Notes: generated from the letters alone by a model not told the origin. 63,530 nucleotides of DNA, filler included, from Octopus bimaculoides (GCF_001194135.2; 6 parts of 5 records of this genome joined end to end with filler, not necessarily neighbours in it); one strand, 5' to 3'; positions 1 through 10,974 are shown, counted from the whole stretch's first letter. A program made the numbers and translations.

Positions 1-40
<40 letters not shown>
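1..40. repeat. (TG)n microsatellite
   Basis: Pure TG dinucleotide run at the window start. Confidence 0.99.
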
Positions 41-41
<1 letters not shown>

Positions 42-349
42 AAGTGTGGGTTAATACATCCATTCAACGTATGGGATTAAATCTGTGTGTCTGCACTGAG
101 AAGCATTCTTCGTATAGAATAATTGTCAGTAGCAACGTGAGTATTAATGATAATTCTCTTGAATACTCAAGAAGATATGAACTACATCAAGTTGAGAGGC
201 TTCAGTTAATCAAAACAATCACTCTAAAACGAAGTTTTGTTCCATAGAAATAAGATGTCTGTCGTGAGTACAATGTTTGAATCGGTTGTTTTTGGTAGTG
301 TAACACGCTTAGGAATATTAACATTTTACAAACTCACCGATGATAACTT

Positions 350-353
<4 letters not shown>

Positions 354-419
<66 letters not shown>

Positions 420-428
420 ACACACACA
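354..428. repeat. (CA)n microsatellite
   Basis: CA run with two TA interruptions. Confidence 0.98.
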
Positions 429-584
429 TGTCTGTTTCTTGTTGGATTCATTGCTAAATCGCCATTTTGTGATAATTTCTGTTGCATTGTTGATGCCATT
501 AAAATCAAAAGAGAAATTGCTGCTGTTTCGTGCAAATGCTCTTGTTATTGCTTTTGTAGTGTTTGATGCTTATTATTATTGTTT

Positions 585-627
585 TTATTGTTGGTGTCTC
601 TTTAGTAACAACAACCGCAACAATTTC
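585..627 (-). CDS. Candidate terminal coding exon, unknown protein
   Basis: T-rich acceptor tttatttgtttatttaag, then phase-2 frame (R)KLLRLLLLKRHQQ*. Phase matches the candidate exon at 4786-4880. AATAAA on this strand at 348-353. No homology recognised. Confidence 0.2.
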
Positions 628-1062
628 CTTAAATAAACAAATAAATGACAAGTAAAATAAAATTCAAAAAGAAAATATCGTAAAATAGATTTTCATATTT
701 TTCCTAATTTTGAATTTGTGTTCGTATTTTGAACGCAGTTCATTAGTTGCCATCAATCTCTATACGCCGTTCGATGCGTACACAGCCACATGCACACTCG
801 CAAATATGCATCCCTGCACACATGTATATTATACAATGCGTACGTATATATATATATATTGTGGATCGATGCATATCTACATAGAGACATAATTACAGAT
901 CGATACATGCGCACGTACTTAGCTGAGATGCACTCTTTAATACACTTAATACATACACATGTATATATGAATACACTGATATACATACGTATGTATACAC
1001 ATATGTACATAATCATCTGTCTATATTTCTATGCACGTAAAATCAGAAATATGTTCTTTGTG

Positions 1063-1113
<51 letters not shown>

Positions 1114-1735
1114 GTGTGTGTGCGTGTGTATATATATGNNNNNNNNNNNNNNNNNNNNNNNNNNNNNNNNNNNNNNNNNNNNNNNNNNNNNNNNNNNNNN
1201 NNNNNNNNNNNNNNNNNNNNNNNNNNNNNNNNNNNNNNNNNNNNNNNNNNNNNNNNNNNNNNNNNNNNNNNNNNNNNNNNNNNNNNNNNNNNNNNNNNNN
1301 NNNNNNNNNNNNNNNNNNNNNNNNNNNNNNNNNNNNNNNNNNNNNNNNNNNNNNNNNNNNNNNNNNNNNNNNNNNNNNNNNNNNNNNNNNNNNNNNNNNN
1401 NNNNNNNNNNNNNNNNNNNNNNNNNNNNNNNNNNNNNNNNNNNNNNNNNNNNNNNNNNNNNNNNNNNNNNNNNNNNNNNNNNNNNNNNNNNNNNNNNNNN
1501 NNNNNNNNNNNNNNNNNNNNNNNNNNNNNNNNNNNNNNNNNNNNNNNNNNNNNNNNNNNNNNNNNNNNNNNNNNNNNNNNNNNNNNNNNNNNNNNNNNNN
1601 NNNNNNNNNNNNNNNNNNNNNNNNNNNNNNNNNNNNNNNNNNNNNNNNNNNNNNNNNNNNNNNNNNNNNNNNNNNNNNNNNNNNNNNNNNNNNNNNNNNN
1701 NNNNNNNNNNNNNNNNNNNNNNNNNATCGTATTTC

Positions 1736-1780
1736 GGCCAGAGTTCTTTCGTCACACTTCTGTGACCTCATCAGTGATCC
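1736..1780 (-). ncRNA. Minimal type I hammerhead ribozyme motif (PLE type)
   Basis: Minus strand GGAUCA-CUGAUGA-G-[GUCACA GAAG UGUGAC]-GAAA-GAAC-UC-UGGCC. Intact core, 6-bp stem II, near-palindromic stem III (AGAACU), stem I GG(A)UCA/UGGCC. Confidence 0.6.
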
Positions 1781-2056
1781 TTTGTTTTCTTCTTTCTTAT
1801 GAGTGTCCCACCTTGCTAACTATCAACTATCTTGTATTTTGTATTCCTGTTGTGTGTGTCTACACATGCGTATCCCCCAATGTGTGTCTATGTTTTGTAA
1901 GTGCATGTGTGTATATGGGGAGTGCCTGTATTATCTATATCCTCTGTTAATACATGTTATGTAATGTAAAGTAATATAAAGCTGAAGCAAATTAACACCA
2001 AATATACAGTGCGTGTGTTTTTATTGGCTAAACTGGCAATATTACCATCCCAAAAT

Positions 2057-2095
<39 letters not shown>

Positions 2096-2189
2096 ACACA
2101 CATATGTACATACATTGTTTACTCTATTTGTGTGCTGATGCATGAAGAAACATTTAGAAGCATGGTTGTATAAGGTTTGTATATACACG

Positions 2190-2245
2190 CATGAGTAGAC
2201 ACAGCTGTTTCCGGGATATTTTATATATCCCTTCATCGGAGACGG
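2190..2245 (-). ncRNA. Decayed hammerhead motif (PLE type)
   Basis: CCGAUGA (U4 to C)-A-[GGGAUAU AUAAA AUAUCCC]-G-GAAAC-AGCUGU-GUC. Palindromic ACAGCUGU in stem III; stem I poor. Confidence 0.5.
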
Positions 2246-2344
2246 TGTGAGAAAAAGGTTAAGGAAAAAGGTTAAGTGAGAAAAAGGTTAGTTATTCTAG
2301 ATAAGATATGAAATAGAGAGTGAACCAGAGGAATAAAAATAGAC

Positions 2345-2912
2345 GTGAGATATGCAGGGATAGTATATCTGCAGTTCCAGAACTTAGGCAGAATGGTATC
2401 CATATACGATTCCTGTACTATTCCAATTGTATTTAAAATTGGTCATTCCAAACATAGAGTTTGTAAACGGACCTGTCGCAAAGGAACGATTGGAACTGTA
2501 ATCAACAGTGAACATTGGATATGTATTACACGTGACCGTGTTCTGTTGTCAAAAGCAAGATACGTGAATCATATGAAGTTACATGAAAATTGAAATGCCC
2601 AGGTAGGTAATGATCTTGGACACCAACCACCTGTTACGACTTGTGTCATATGTCACAAAACTTGTACGACAATATCTGGACTTAAAAGACATATGTTAGT
2701 TCACACAAACATTCCTTCAGAATCAGATTCCAAAGGGCAAAGATATAGAAGAAACTTGAATAACATCTGTCACTTGTGTTTTAAACCATTGGAGTCAGCT
2801 GCTGGTCTTAAAAGTCATCTGAGGGATCATCAACGGAAGGATTGTGATGTGTGATGGAGTGTGGGGTGTGTGTGTTGATGGGACGGCTGTCATCTCTCAA
2901 GATGAAGCAGTC
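2345..2912 (+). mobile_element. 3' end of an RTE-like LINE encoding three C2H2 zinc fingers (pseudogenised)
   Basis: One frame from 2345 to 2854 with a single internal TGA (2591-2593): ...SIYDSC...HSKHRVCKRTCRKGT...WICITRDRVLLSKARYVNHMKLH, CVICHKTCTTISGLKRHMLVH, CHLCFKPLESAAGLKSHLRDH*. A short 3' UTR follows, ending in a (TA)n tail. The ORF track shows only the part before the TGA. Confidence 0.7.
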
Positions 2913-2943
<31 letters not shown>

Positions 2944-3489
2944 NNNNNNNNNNNNNNNNNNNNNNNNNNNNNNNNNNNNNNNNNNNNNNNNNNNNNNNNN
3001 NNNNNNNNNNNNNNNNNNNNNNNNNNNNNNNNNNNNNNNNNNNNNNNNNNNNNNNNNNNNNNNNNNNNNNNNNNNNNNNNNNNNNNNNNNNNNNNNNNNN
3101 NNNNNNNNNNNNNNNNNNNNNNNNNNNNNNNNNNNNNNNNNNNNNNNNNNNNNNNNNNNNNNNNNNNNNNNNNNNNNNNNNNNNNNNNNNNNNNNNNNNN
3201 NNNNNNNNNNNNNNNNNNNNNNNNNNNNNNNNNNNNNNNNNNNNNNNNNNNNNNNNNNNNNNNNNNNNNNNNNNNNNNNNNNNNNNNNNNNNNNNNNNNN
3301 NNNNNNNNNNNNNNNNNNNNNNNNNNNNNNNNNNNNNNNNNNNNNNNNNNNNNNNNNNNNNNNNNNNNNNNNNNNNNNNNNNNNNNNNNNNNNNNNNNNN
3401 NNNNNNNNNNNNNNNNNNNNNNNNNNNNNNNNNNNNNNNNNNNNNNNNNNNNNNNNNNNNNNNNNNNNCCCCCCCCCCCCCCACCAACT

Positions 3490-3660
3490 TTCTATCAACC
3501 CTCAACTGCCTCCTTTTCTCGGAAGGTATATTCTATCTATGTCTGGTTTTAGGTGATACATACAATGCATTGTCATGTTTTCGGATTTTGACATCGACTT
3601 TGACATTTCATGCAGAGAATTGACCATAGCGTGATTTTTCTCTCCATTTCTTCTTTAGTA
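3490..3660 (-). mobile_element. R4/Dong-like non-LTR retrotransposon fragment
   Basis: Translates to TMHCMYHLKPDIDRIYLPRKGGS*GLIE, resembling the post-RT HPKADxDRLYLPRxxGGRGL motif, and KKKWREKSRYGQF, resembling WxxKxLHGQF. Confidence 0.55.
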
Positions 3661-4520
3661 TGTTTTGCAGTACTGTTTCACAATGCCTACCTCACGCTTA
3701 GAGGATGTTGATTAACCTGCATTTAGGGATTTGAAAGAAATTTGACTTGTGGTCCTTATAGGGTAGGGTGGAGAGGATGTCTACTTATTCTAACTTTAAG
3801 AGAGTGGCTAGCTTCTTCCCTTCAGTATTTATGTCATTATATAGTGAAATGTTATCTTCCTTGTGAGTCTTGTTGGTAGTGTCAATGACTCTTTTGTGCG
3901 TGGTGTTTGTTGCGCGTGTGTTCTTTGTTTTGCCTGCGAGAATATGTAGATAAGGGGCTTGTGCCATGTAATGAAATTAGAAAGGGCTTAGAACGTTGCC
4001 GAGACAATTTTGTGGCGGTCATTAGATCAACTTTGAAATTGGGCGGAGTATTTTTTGAAATTTGAATTCTAATTAATCTGCAGATGGACTTTAGCTCTGA
4101 TTCCCGAAGAAATATGATTTCCATTGCATGCATGAGACTGTTTGCATTGTATATTTTTCCCTAGAGAGCGAATGAAACAAAGTTTCCTTGAAGCAACACT
4201 GAAGTTTTTCAACGAGTATAGAATCGGTTGTCTTTTTTACCTTCAACTGTTTACGGCTCGTTTATAAATGGTGCTTATTAAATTCAACTTCTTCAAATAA
4301 ATATGTTTAATGGTTCTTCTTTTTCCTACCNNNNNNNNNNNNNNNNNNNNNNNNNNNNNNNNNNNNNNNNNNNNNNNNNNNNNNNNNNNNNNNNNNNNNN
4401 NNNNNNNNNNNNNNNNNNNNNNNNNNNNNNNNNNNNNNNNNNNNNNNNNNNNNNNNNNNNNNNNNNNNNNNNNNNNNNNNNNNNNNNNNNNNNNNNNNNN
4501 NNNNNNNNNNNNNNNNNNNN

Positions 4521-4645
4521 ATATATATGTATGTATATGTATGTATATGTATGTATATTTATGTATGTATGTATGTATGTATGTATGTATGTATGTATGT
4601 ATGTATGTATGTATGTATGCATATATATGTGTGTGTGTGTGCGTG
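4521..4645. repeat. (ATGT)n/(TG)n compound microsatellite
   Basis: Direct reading. Confidence 0.95.
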
Positions 4646-4785
4646 TGAGGTCTGTGTGCAAGTAAAACAGTAGATCACTTTTTTAATTTCTTGAGTCTAT
4701 TTTCTGCTTGGATTGTAATCTTCTCGTGTATACGTTTTGCTGTCCATTGGATTCTTTTTATTAATTCCTAGAGTTTTATTTTTAC

Positions 4786-4880
4786 CTAATTCTCATAAAT
4801 TTTGCGATTTTGTTGATCTCTGAATTCAATTGCATCAAACTCTTTTCTCTCTCATTTCCAAATGTCTTACTGCTATACAC
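4786..4880 (-). CDS. Candidate internal coding exon, unknown protein
   Basis: Strong acceptor tcttctttttttctttcag and donor AG|gtaaaa. 95 nt with only one open frame: VYSSKTFGNEREKSLMQLNSEINKIAKFMRI(R). Confidence 0.35.
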
Positions 4881-5061
4881 CTGAAAGAAAAAAAGAAGAC
4901 ATTTTCCCGTCCCCACATGCTTTTGTTTGTGTGCCTGTACACGCATAAAGAAGACGTTACTCCTTGCTTTCGCAATCCCATACGATTTTTCGACACCCTT
5001 ATCTTCTCTCACACATATTCTCCCTTATCTTTCCAGAAATTACACACACACTTACATGCAT

Positions 5062-5112
5062 TTTTTTTACTTGTTTCACTCATTTGACTGCGGCCATGCT
5101 GGAGCACCACCT
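5062..5112 (-). mobile_element. SINE family A, 3' tail fragment
   Basis: Reverse complement of the family tail gctccagcatggccgcagtcaaatgantgaaacaagta, seen many times in the window. Confidence 0.8.
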
Positions 5113-5229
5113 TAATATATACATACGTACATACAAACATACATACATGCATAAATACATACATACATACATACATATATATATATATAATTTTATGTAT
5201 ATATTAATATTATCTCAGTTATTAAAACT

Positions 5230-5790
5230 TTCGATAATTTGAATACGTTAATAGTTACCAGGGGTATATATATGTTTATATACTCAGCCTCAATATTTCC
5301 GACTTCCGCTAACCAACACCACCATACTTCCACACTTGCACGCATCTATACATATGCACTACGCAATGACACACATGCACACAAACACATCTTACACCCA
5401 TTTGTAGATCTAGATGTACTCAGATATATGCATCTGCACACTTGCTCTTCCATCTCTCCTTCTCCCCACCCCATAGAACAGCATTCTCTCCCTCTACTTT
5501 CTAACCACTTACCCTTCATGCGTCCATTCCCACTGTATTAATATTATTGTTGTCATTCTTATTGTTATTTTTATTATTTTTCTGTTTTGTGATTTTGTAA
5601 TGATTCTTCTTTTATGCATTCAGTATTTGTATATCTCTCTTGCGCTCTCTTTGCTTTTCCTTTTCTGATGAAGGACTAACGTCCGAAATGTTTTTCTCTA
5701 TCCTTCAGTTCACAGCCTCTTAAGCTAATACCCTCTTTGTCAGACTTGGTTCTTCTACTGCTGCTCGTTTTATGTAATTGTTTTGACGTG
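5230..5790 (+). mobile_element. Probable PLE 3' end / pLTR remnant
   Basis: Pyrimidine-rich UTR-like tract leading into a hammerhead core at 5665-5688. Confidence 0.4.
5655..5695 (+). ncRNA. Hammerhead core with decayed stem I
   Basis: CUGAUGA-A-[GGAC UAAC GUCC]-GAAA-UGUU. Probably from GAAACGUU by CpG decay. No stem I partner downstream. Confidence 0.45.
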
Positions 5791-6364
5791 GTGCACACAC
5801 ACACACACACACATTTGCGCATAACATTCACGTTGTGTTTGCAATTTGAGGAAATAAGATAATTATCACTGAACTTCTCAAAACAGCTGTTCTTTGATCA
5901 GCTTTGATTTTGGCAAAACAACAACAACAACAACATTTGATTCACTGACAAAGTAAAACCTTAATTTATTCATTTTTTTTGTTTTACAAATTATTATTTT
6001 TGATATATTTTTTTGGCTTTCTTTTTTTGTGCTGCTTTTTTCTTCTCTACAACATTTGATCAAGTATTTCCACTTGAGTGACAAAACAAATAGAAATACA
6101 AAAAAAAAAAAAAGATAAAAATCACAGAAAGATATTTACACAAATCATTATTGATAAAAATGACATTTATCGTAAAAATGATACAATTGCTAATAAGGTA
6201 ATATTCATATCGGGCATAGAAACTAATTCATCCATATTTATAAATAGAATTGGTGTGGAAGGGGAGAGGGAAGAAATGGGACATTTTCGGTGTTCACACC
6301 TGCACCAAAAGATCTTAGCAGCAGAAGTTAAACGAAGCGAAGTAAACCAAGTGAAAGCGATTTT

Positions 6365-6464
6365 NNNNNNNNNNNNNNNNNNNNNNNNNNNNNNNNNNNN
6401 NNNNNNNNTTAATTAATTAANNNNNNNNNNNNNNNNNNNNNNNNNNNNNNNNNNNNNNNNNNNN
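6365..6464. other. Artificial scaffold spacer N44-TTAATTAATTAA-N44
   Basis: Exactly 100 nt; the 12-mer gives stop codons in all six frames; identical structure occurs five times. Confidence 0.95.
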
Positions 6465-6716
6465 CCCACATAGTCTAGATGCGTGTCCAAGGTAGCATTC
6501 CAATCCCCCACTAAAAGTAAAGGACGAGACGTTCCTAGGAATACTTCTAGACGTCGAAAGAAATCCGGCCTACCTGTTAAAGGTGGTGCGTATACTGATA
6601 TGAGTCGAAAAGCACACCCATCGCTGCCATCGACATCCAGAACAACCAATCTACCCTCCGGGTCTATGAATACTGTCTTTACTTCGAGATCCAGACTCTT
6701 GCGAAAGAGTACCGCC

Positions 6717-6718
<2 letters not shown>
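6465..6718 (-). mobile_element. L1/Tx1-clade LINE ORF2 APE endonuclease fragment
   Basis: Open frame AVLFRKSLDLEVKTVFIDPEGRLVVLDV...FRLISVYAP...FF..LEVFLGTSRPLLLVGDWNATLD..LD, carrying the GR, VYAP and GDWN motifs of APE endonucleases. Truncated at the GVAVL motif; the 3' part is lost in the spacer. Confidence 0.9.

Positions 6719-6784
<66 letters not shown>
6717..6784. repeat. (GATA)n microsatellite abutting the LINE 5' junction
   Basis: Pure tetranucleotide array. Confidence 0.98.
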
Positions 6785-7624
6785 GGTTTATAAGTATGCG
6801 TATCTTTATATTTCGAAATGAAGCTCCTCCTGCGTTTTGTATATTAATACCCGGATCATGTAAATAATCTTTCTTCGAAATAATGCATTGAATTTTTGCA
6901 TGAAATCACGTTACTACAACTGATCTAGCCGTTTCAATTCACGAAAATGTTTGTACCTGACTGTGTCCTTATTTCATCAACAACTAATAGAATAATGTCA
7001 AAATTTCACCTGTGACCGTTTTGTTTGGCTCATGAATTCTTTGCTGAATGTTGTTTAGATAAGGTTGACCTTCGATCTGAGTTTCCTCGTAAAATGAAAA
7101 CGAAACTTAAGTGTAATTATCTTAGCAAACATGTGATCAATAGAATAGGTTTTATGTATCAGGCAGATGAGACGCACGCACGCTGCAAATCGTGTTTGCT
7201 TAAGAATTTTGAATACAAGGTGTAAGGGAATTGTTTTACATGCTACTTTAAACTAGTATTGGGTTCCAATATAGACGAATCTATACTGTACTATTAAGTT
7301 CTTTTTGTTTATTCTCTGCGTATTTGGAAATATAACAATGGGATTAGAGGGCAGGTATTTATTTCTTAATATATTTTTCAATTCAAATCATCATCAACAT
7401 ACTTATAGTACGAGCAGTTCTCCAGCTGGCCTAGTTCTTATATTTTTACTCGCCTAGATTCTGTATCAACGGGTTTTCTCTATTATTGTGTCTATACATT
7501 AAATCCCTGTGTTGTGTGCTCACCACTTCCCTTTGTATAGTTTTGTATTTACACATTCTCAGATATCTACAGTGTTGATGTGTTTCTGTCCTCGGGACAA
7601 AAGCATAAGAGCACCATTTTTCAG

Positions 7625-7965
7625 ACTCCTGTAAAAATACGCACGCATGTGTGTGTGTGCGAGCGTGTGTGCGTGCGTGTGTGCGTGTGTGTGGGTGTGT
7701 CTGGGTGTGTGTGTGTGCATGTGTGCGTGTGTGCGTGTGCGTGTGTGTGTGTGCATGTGAATGTGTATGTGTGTGTGTTTGTCTTCCATTACTGCTTGAA
7801 AACCGGTGTTGTTGAGTTTACGTCTCCGTATTTTAGCGGTTCAGCAAAAAGTGACCGATAATATTAGTACCAAGCTTAAAAAATGTATTGTTGTTGATTC
7901 GTTCAAGACTAAAACACTAATGCACTAATATGGCTGCAGTCCAGTGACTGAAACAAGTGGAATAT
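7625..7965 (+). mobile_element. SINE family A: (TG)n linker plus 3' half
   Basis: Matches the family 3' part (ttgacaaccggtgttggtgtgtttacgtccccgtaacttagcggttcggcaaaag ... gactgaaacaagt). Confidence 0.8.
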
Positions 7966-8039
7966 AAAAAGTAAACGATAAATTTATAAAATTCGCATAA
8001 ATTACTAGCTTAAAAGCCGCACTCCGTGCCGACTTTTGA

Positions 8040-8340
8040 GTTATCTCCTACGGAGGGTTAATTGGGACTGCGTCCCGGAACTACAGAGAACTAAATAGCA
8101 TGACTATAATAAGTCTATAATGACTATATGCCCCGGTGGTGTTTGATCAGAAGTTAAGGACAGATGAGAATTAATTCTGTAATACAATCATTCTATTGTT
8201 CCAGTCCCAAGTTGAGTTTCCACTGTTGGCCAATTTGTCCCAAAGTTCTCATTTCGGCGTAAAATTAACGAAGCGAATGTTATTTATCTCCTCTTGATCT
8301 CTGACGTCATCTGATGAACGTCAATCAAGATGGCGCGAAT
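8040..8340. promoter_or_regulatory. Possible promoter-like patch
   Basis: CpG-retaining unique sequence with TGACGTCA (CRE, 8302-8309), CAAGATGGCG (YY1-like, 8326-8335), CCAAT (8230-8234) and ACTACA (8080-8085). Confidence 0.3.
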
Positions 8341-8717
8341 CAGTCAAGCTTTACCTGCTAGAAATAGCAACTCAAATGCGTTTAAACCAGATCCCAATGC
8401 TGGATGTTCAAGAATCAAATGAACGGTAGATTTTCAATCCCGATATCATCCTAGTTCCAAAAAGGTATGTCTATGTAGAACAAATATAGACTGAGATACA
8501 GGGGTTACAAACGGACAGACAGAATTTCGATTTTCTTAATTATAGATGGTTAAATATACGCACACACAATCTTTATATAATCGGATACACACACACGCAC
8601 ACGTGATATTTGTATGTGTGTATGTATGCAATGTGTTTGTGAGTGTTGTGTGTATATGTCTGCGTGTGTTTGTGTAAGTGTGTGTTCGAATGTGTGTCTG
8701 TGTATGTGTGTGTGAGT

Positions 8718-8762
<45 letters not shown>

Positions 8763-9117
8763 TGTGTGTGTGTGTGTGTGTGTGGTAAAACGTGTTTTTA
8801 TACGCATCAAAAACATTGACTACTGAATTCACTACAACTGTAAATTCTTATATTTTTCAAATGAACTCATTGACCTTACACTTGTAATGAGTCATTTAAT
8901 GTTCGCTCTTTGTATAGATCAACCCATTCTGTTTTAACAATGGTGTGTATGTGTACATGTATGTATGTGTACATGTATGTATGTGTACATACACACACAC
9001 ACACATACATACGCATACATACATACATACATACTTACATACATATATACATACATACATACGGCACTTTCTCTATTGGCAAGAAATCTTGAAATGCAAC
9101 TGAATAATCACATCCAT

Positions 9118-9222
9118 CAGGGTCGGTCCCAGGAATTTTTCGAAGGGAGGGCTCAAGTCCAGAAGGAGAAAAAAGTGGAGCATGTGCCCTTCAGCCTCCC
9201 TCCATCCTTGTGTCCGCCCCTG
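9118..9222. mobile_element. Short MITE with Harbinger-like TIRs
   Basis: Left end cagggtcggtcccagga versus reverse complement of right end caggggcggacacaagga. No clear TSD. Confidence 0.4.
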
Positions 9223-9360
9223 TCCATACACACATATATAAAAGACGATCCTGTTCTGCTGGCATCTATGCGTGGTGTTTTATGTACCAAGCGCTTATAA
9301 GGAATGATATTTTAAAGCTAAAAACGCAGTATTCGGTGTTCTAACAAGGAATCCATGGTA

Positions 9361-9455
<95 letters not shown>

Positions 9456-9661
9456 NNNNNNNNNNNNNNNNNNNNNNNNNNNNNNNNNNNNNNNNNNNNN
9501 NNNNNNNNNNNNNNNNNNNNNNNNNNNNNNNNNNNNNNNNNNNNNNNNNNNNNNNNNNNNNNNNNNNNNNNNNNNNNNNNNNNNNNNNNNNNNNNNNNNN
9601 NNNNNNNNNNNNNNNNNNNNNNNNNNNNNNNNNNNNNNNNNNNNNNNNNNNNNNATATACA

Positions 9662-9693
<32 letters not shown>

Positions 9694-9787
9694 CGTAGAT
9701 AGATGGATAAATAGATAGATATAGATATAGATATATACGCACGCGCACACACACGCTAACACACATTTAAGTATTTATTGTGCAAGT

Positions 9788-9842
<55 letters not shown>

Positions 9843-10099
9843 TCTTGCAACAGCTTGTATATGTAGATACTGAGTACATTTTTTTGTTTCCGGTTCTGGT
9901 GTAAATTTTATGCTTAAAATTTTATTTTTGTTTCAGTTCTACAGGAAATTAGAACTTGACCGCCAAAAGTTCCTCACATAACATTCGAACGTCTTATATA
10001 ACGAAATATACTGAATACTGTAGAATCTACTATACGTGGTCTGATCCAGACTGTTGCCATACTAACGAAACTAAAGCACGGAGAGTAAAGCCGCTCGGC

Positions 10100-10315
10100 A
10101 AGTATTGACCTTGAACTCTACTGCACATGCGCACAAAGGTTTAGCGTTCTAGCTCTCACCTCCGCTGTTTACAGCAGTGCTAGGAATGAAGATGTGTAGC
10201 GTTTGATCGTCGCACTGACCATGATAGACTAAGTTGAACAGAGAATCTGCATCAAATTTTGCTAAAAGCTTGACGATACCTGCTCAGAAACCCACGCAAA
10301 GTTTTCAAAAAGTTC
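10100..10315 (+). mobile_element. Mariner 5' end with decayed transposase N-terminus
   Basis: From the ATG at 10221: MID*VEQRICIKFC*KLDDTCSETHAK, matching the mariner EQRxCIKFCxKLG N-terminal motif. Confidence 0.75.
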
Positions 10316-10974
10316 TGATCGTTCTCGACACAATCACCGTGGCTAAAAGCTCTTTGGCTCATTTCTAGCAATGCTGGTGCAGACTTAATCACTTGGAATA
10401 ATTATTATGGTGCATTGTGTAGAATATATTGTATAAAGGGTCGTGGGTAAGACCAGAACAATGCGAAGTAAATGCAATGCAGATCATAGGAAGATAAATA
10501 TATGAATTAATGTAGACTTAGCTTGCATTCAATATTTCGGGGTTTTGACCCCATTTTCAAGAAATTAACGAATGTTGCCAATGTGCATGTGTGAGCGTGT
10601 GTGGAGTGGACATGCGCGGAAAGGTGTTGCTATAGGGGACTAAGACCACAAAGATATACAACGAAACATGTACGGTATTTAAACTGGGGTTGTACCCAAC
10701 GTTGCTGCTGTATTATTGTGTATTTTATATATAATTGCAATCAATGTGTATAGTTTAGCAAGATATTATTTGGTTGATAGAGCTGAGTTTTTTCGAACGT
10801 TCGCAGAAAAATGATCAGAAATAGAAAAGTATTCTATCCAGAAGATTTTTTTTTCTCATCCGCTTAATACGTTAGAAACCAGTGCAAGATACTAGTTCTT
10901 TAATGAAGATCAGCAGAATCATTAGAAGGGAACATATATAATATAATGTAGTGTAATATAATATGAAATACATG

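Noticed and set aside
6409-6420. TTAATTAATTAA as a homeodomain-binding or PacI-like genomic motif
   Set aside because: It always sits at the centre of a 100-nt N spacer, so it is an assembly linker.
8311-8340. CTGATGA followed by a short hairpin
   Set aside because: No GAAA or stem III, so not a hammerhead.
8330-9981. Possible UGA read-through (selenoprotein-like) micro-gene: MARISQ...GCSRIK*TVDFQSRYHPSSKK spliced to FYRKLELDRQKFLT*
   Set aside because: The frame match has about a one-in-three chance, no SECIS is visible downstream, the Cys/UGA spacing is not a known redox motif, and 8354-8372 matches a dispersed repeat (cctgctagaaatagca).
10638-10675. GAAACATGTA with upstream CTAAGA
   Set aside because: The core lacks G5 and there is no stem II; too degenerate to call.
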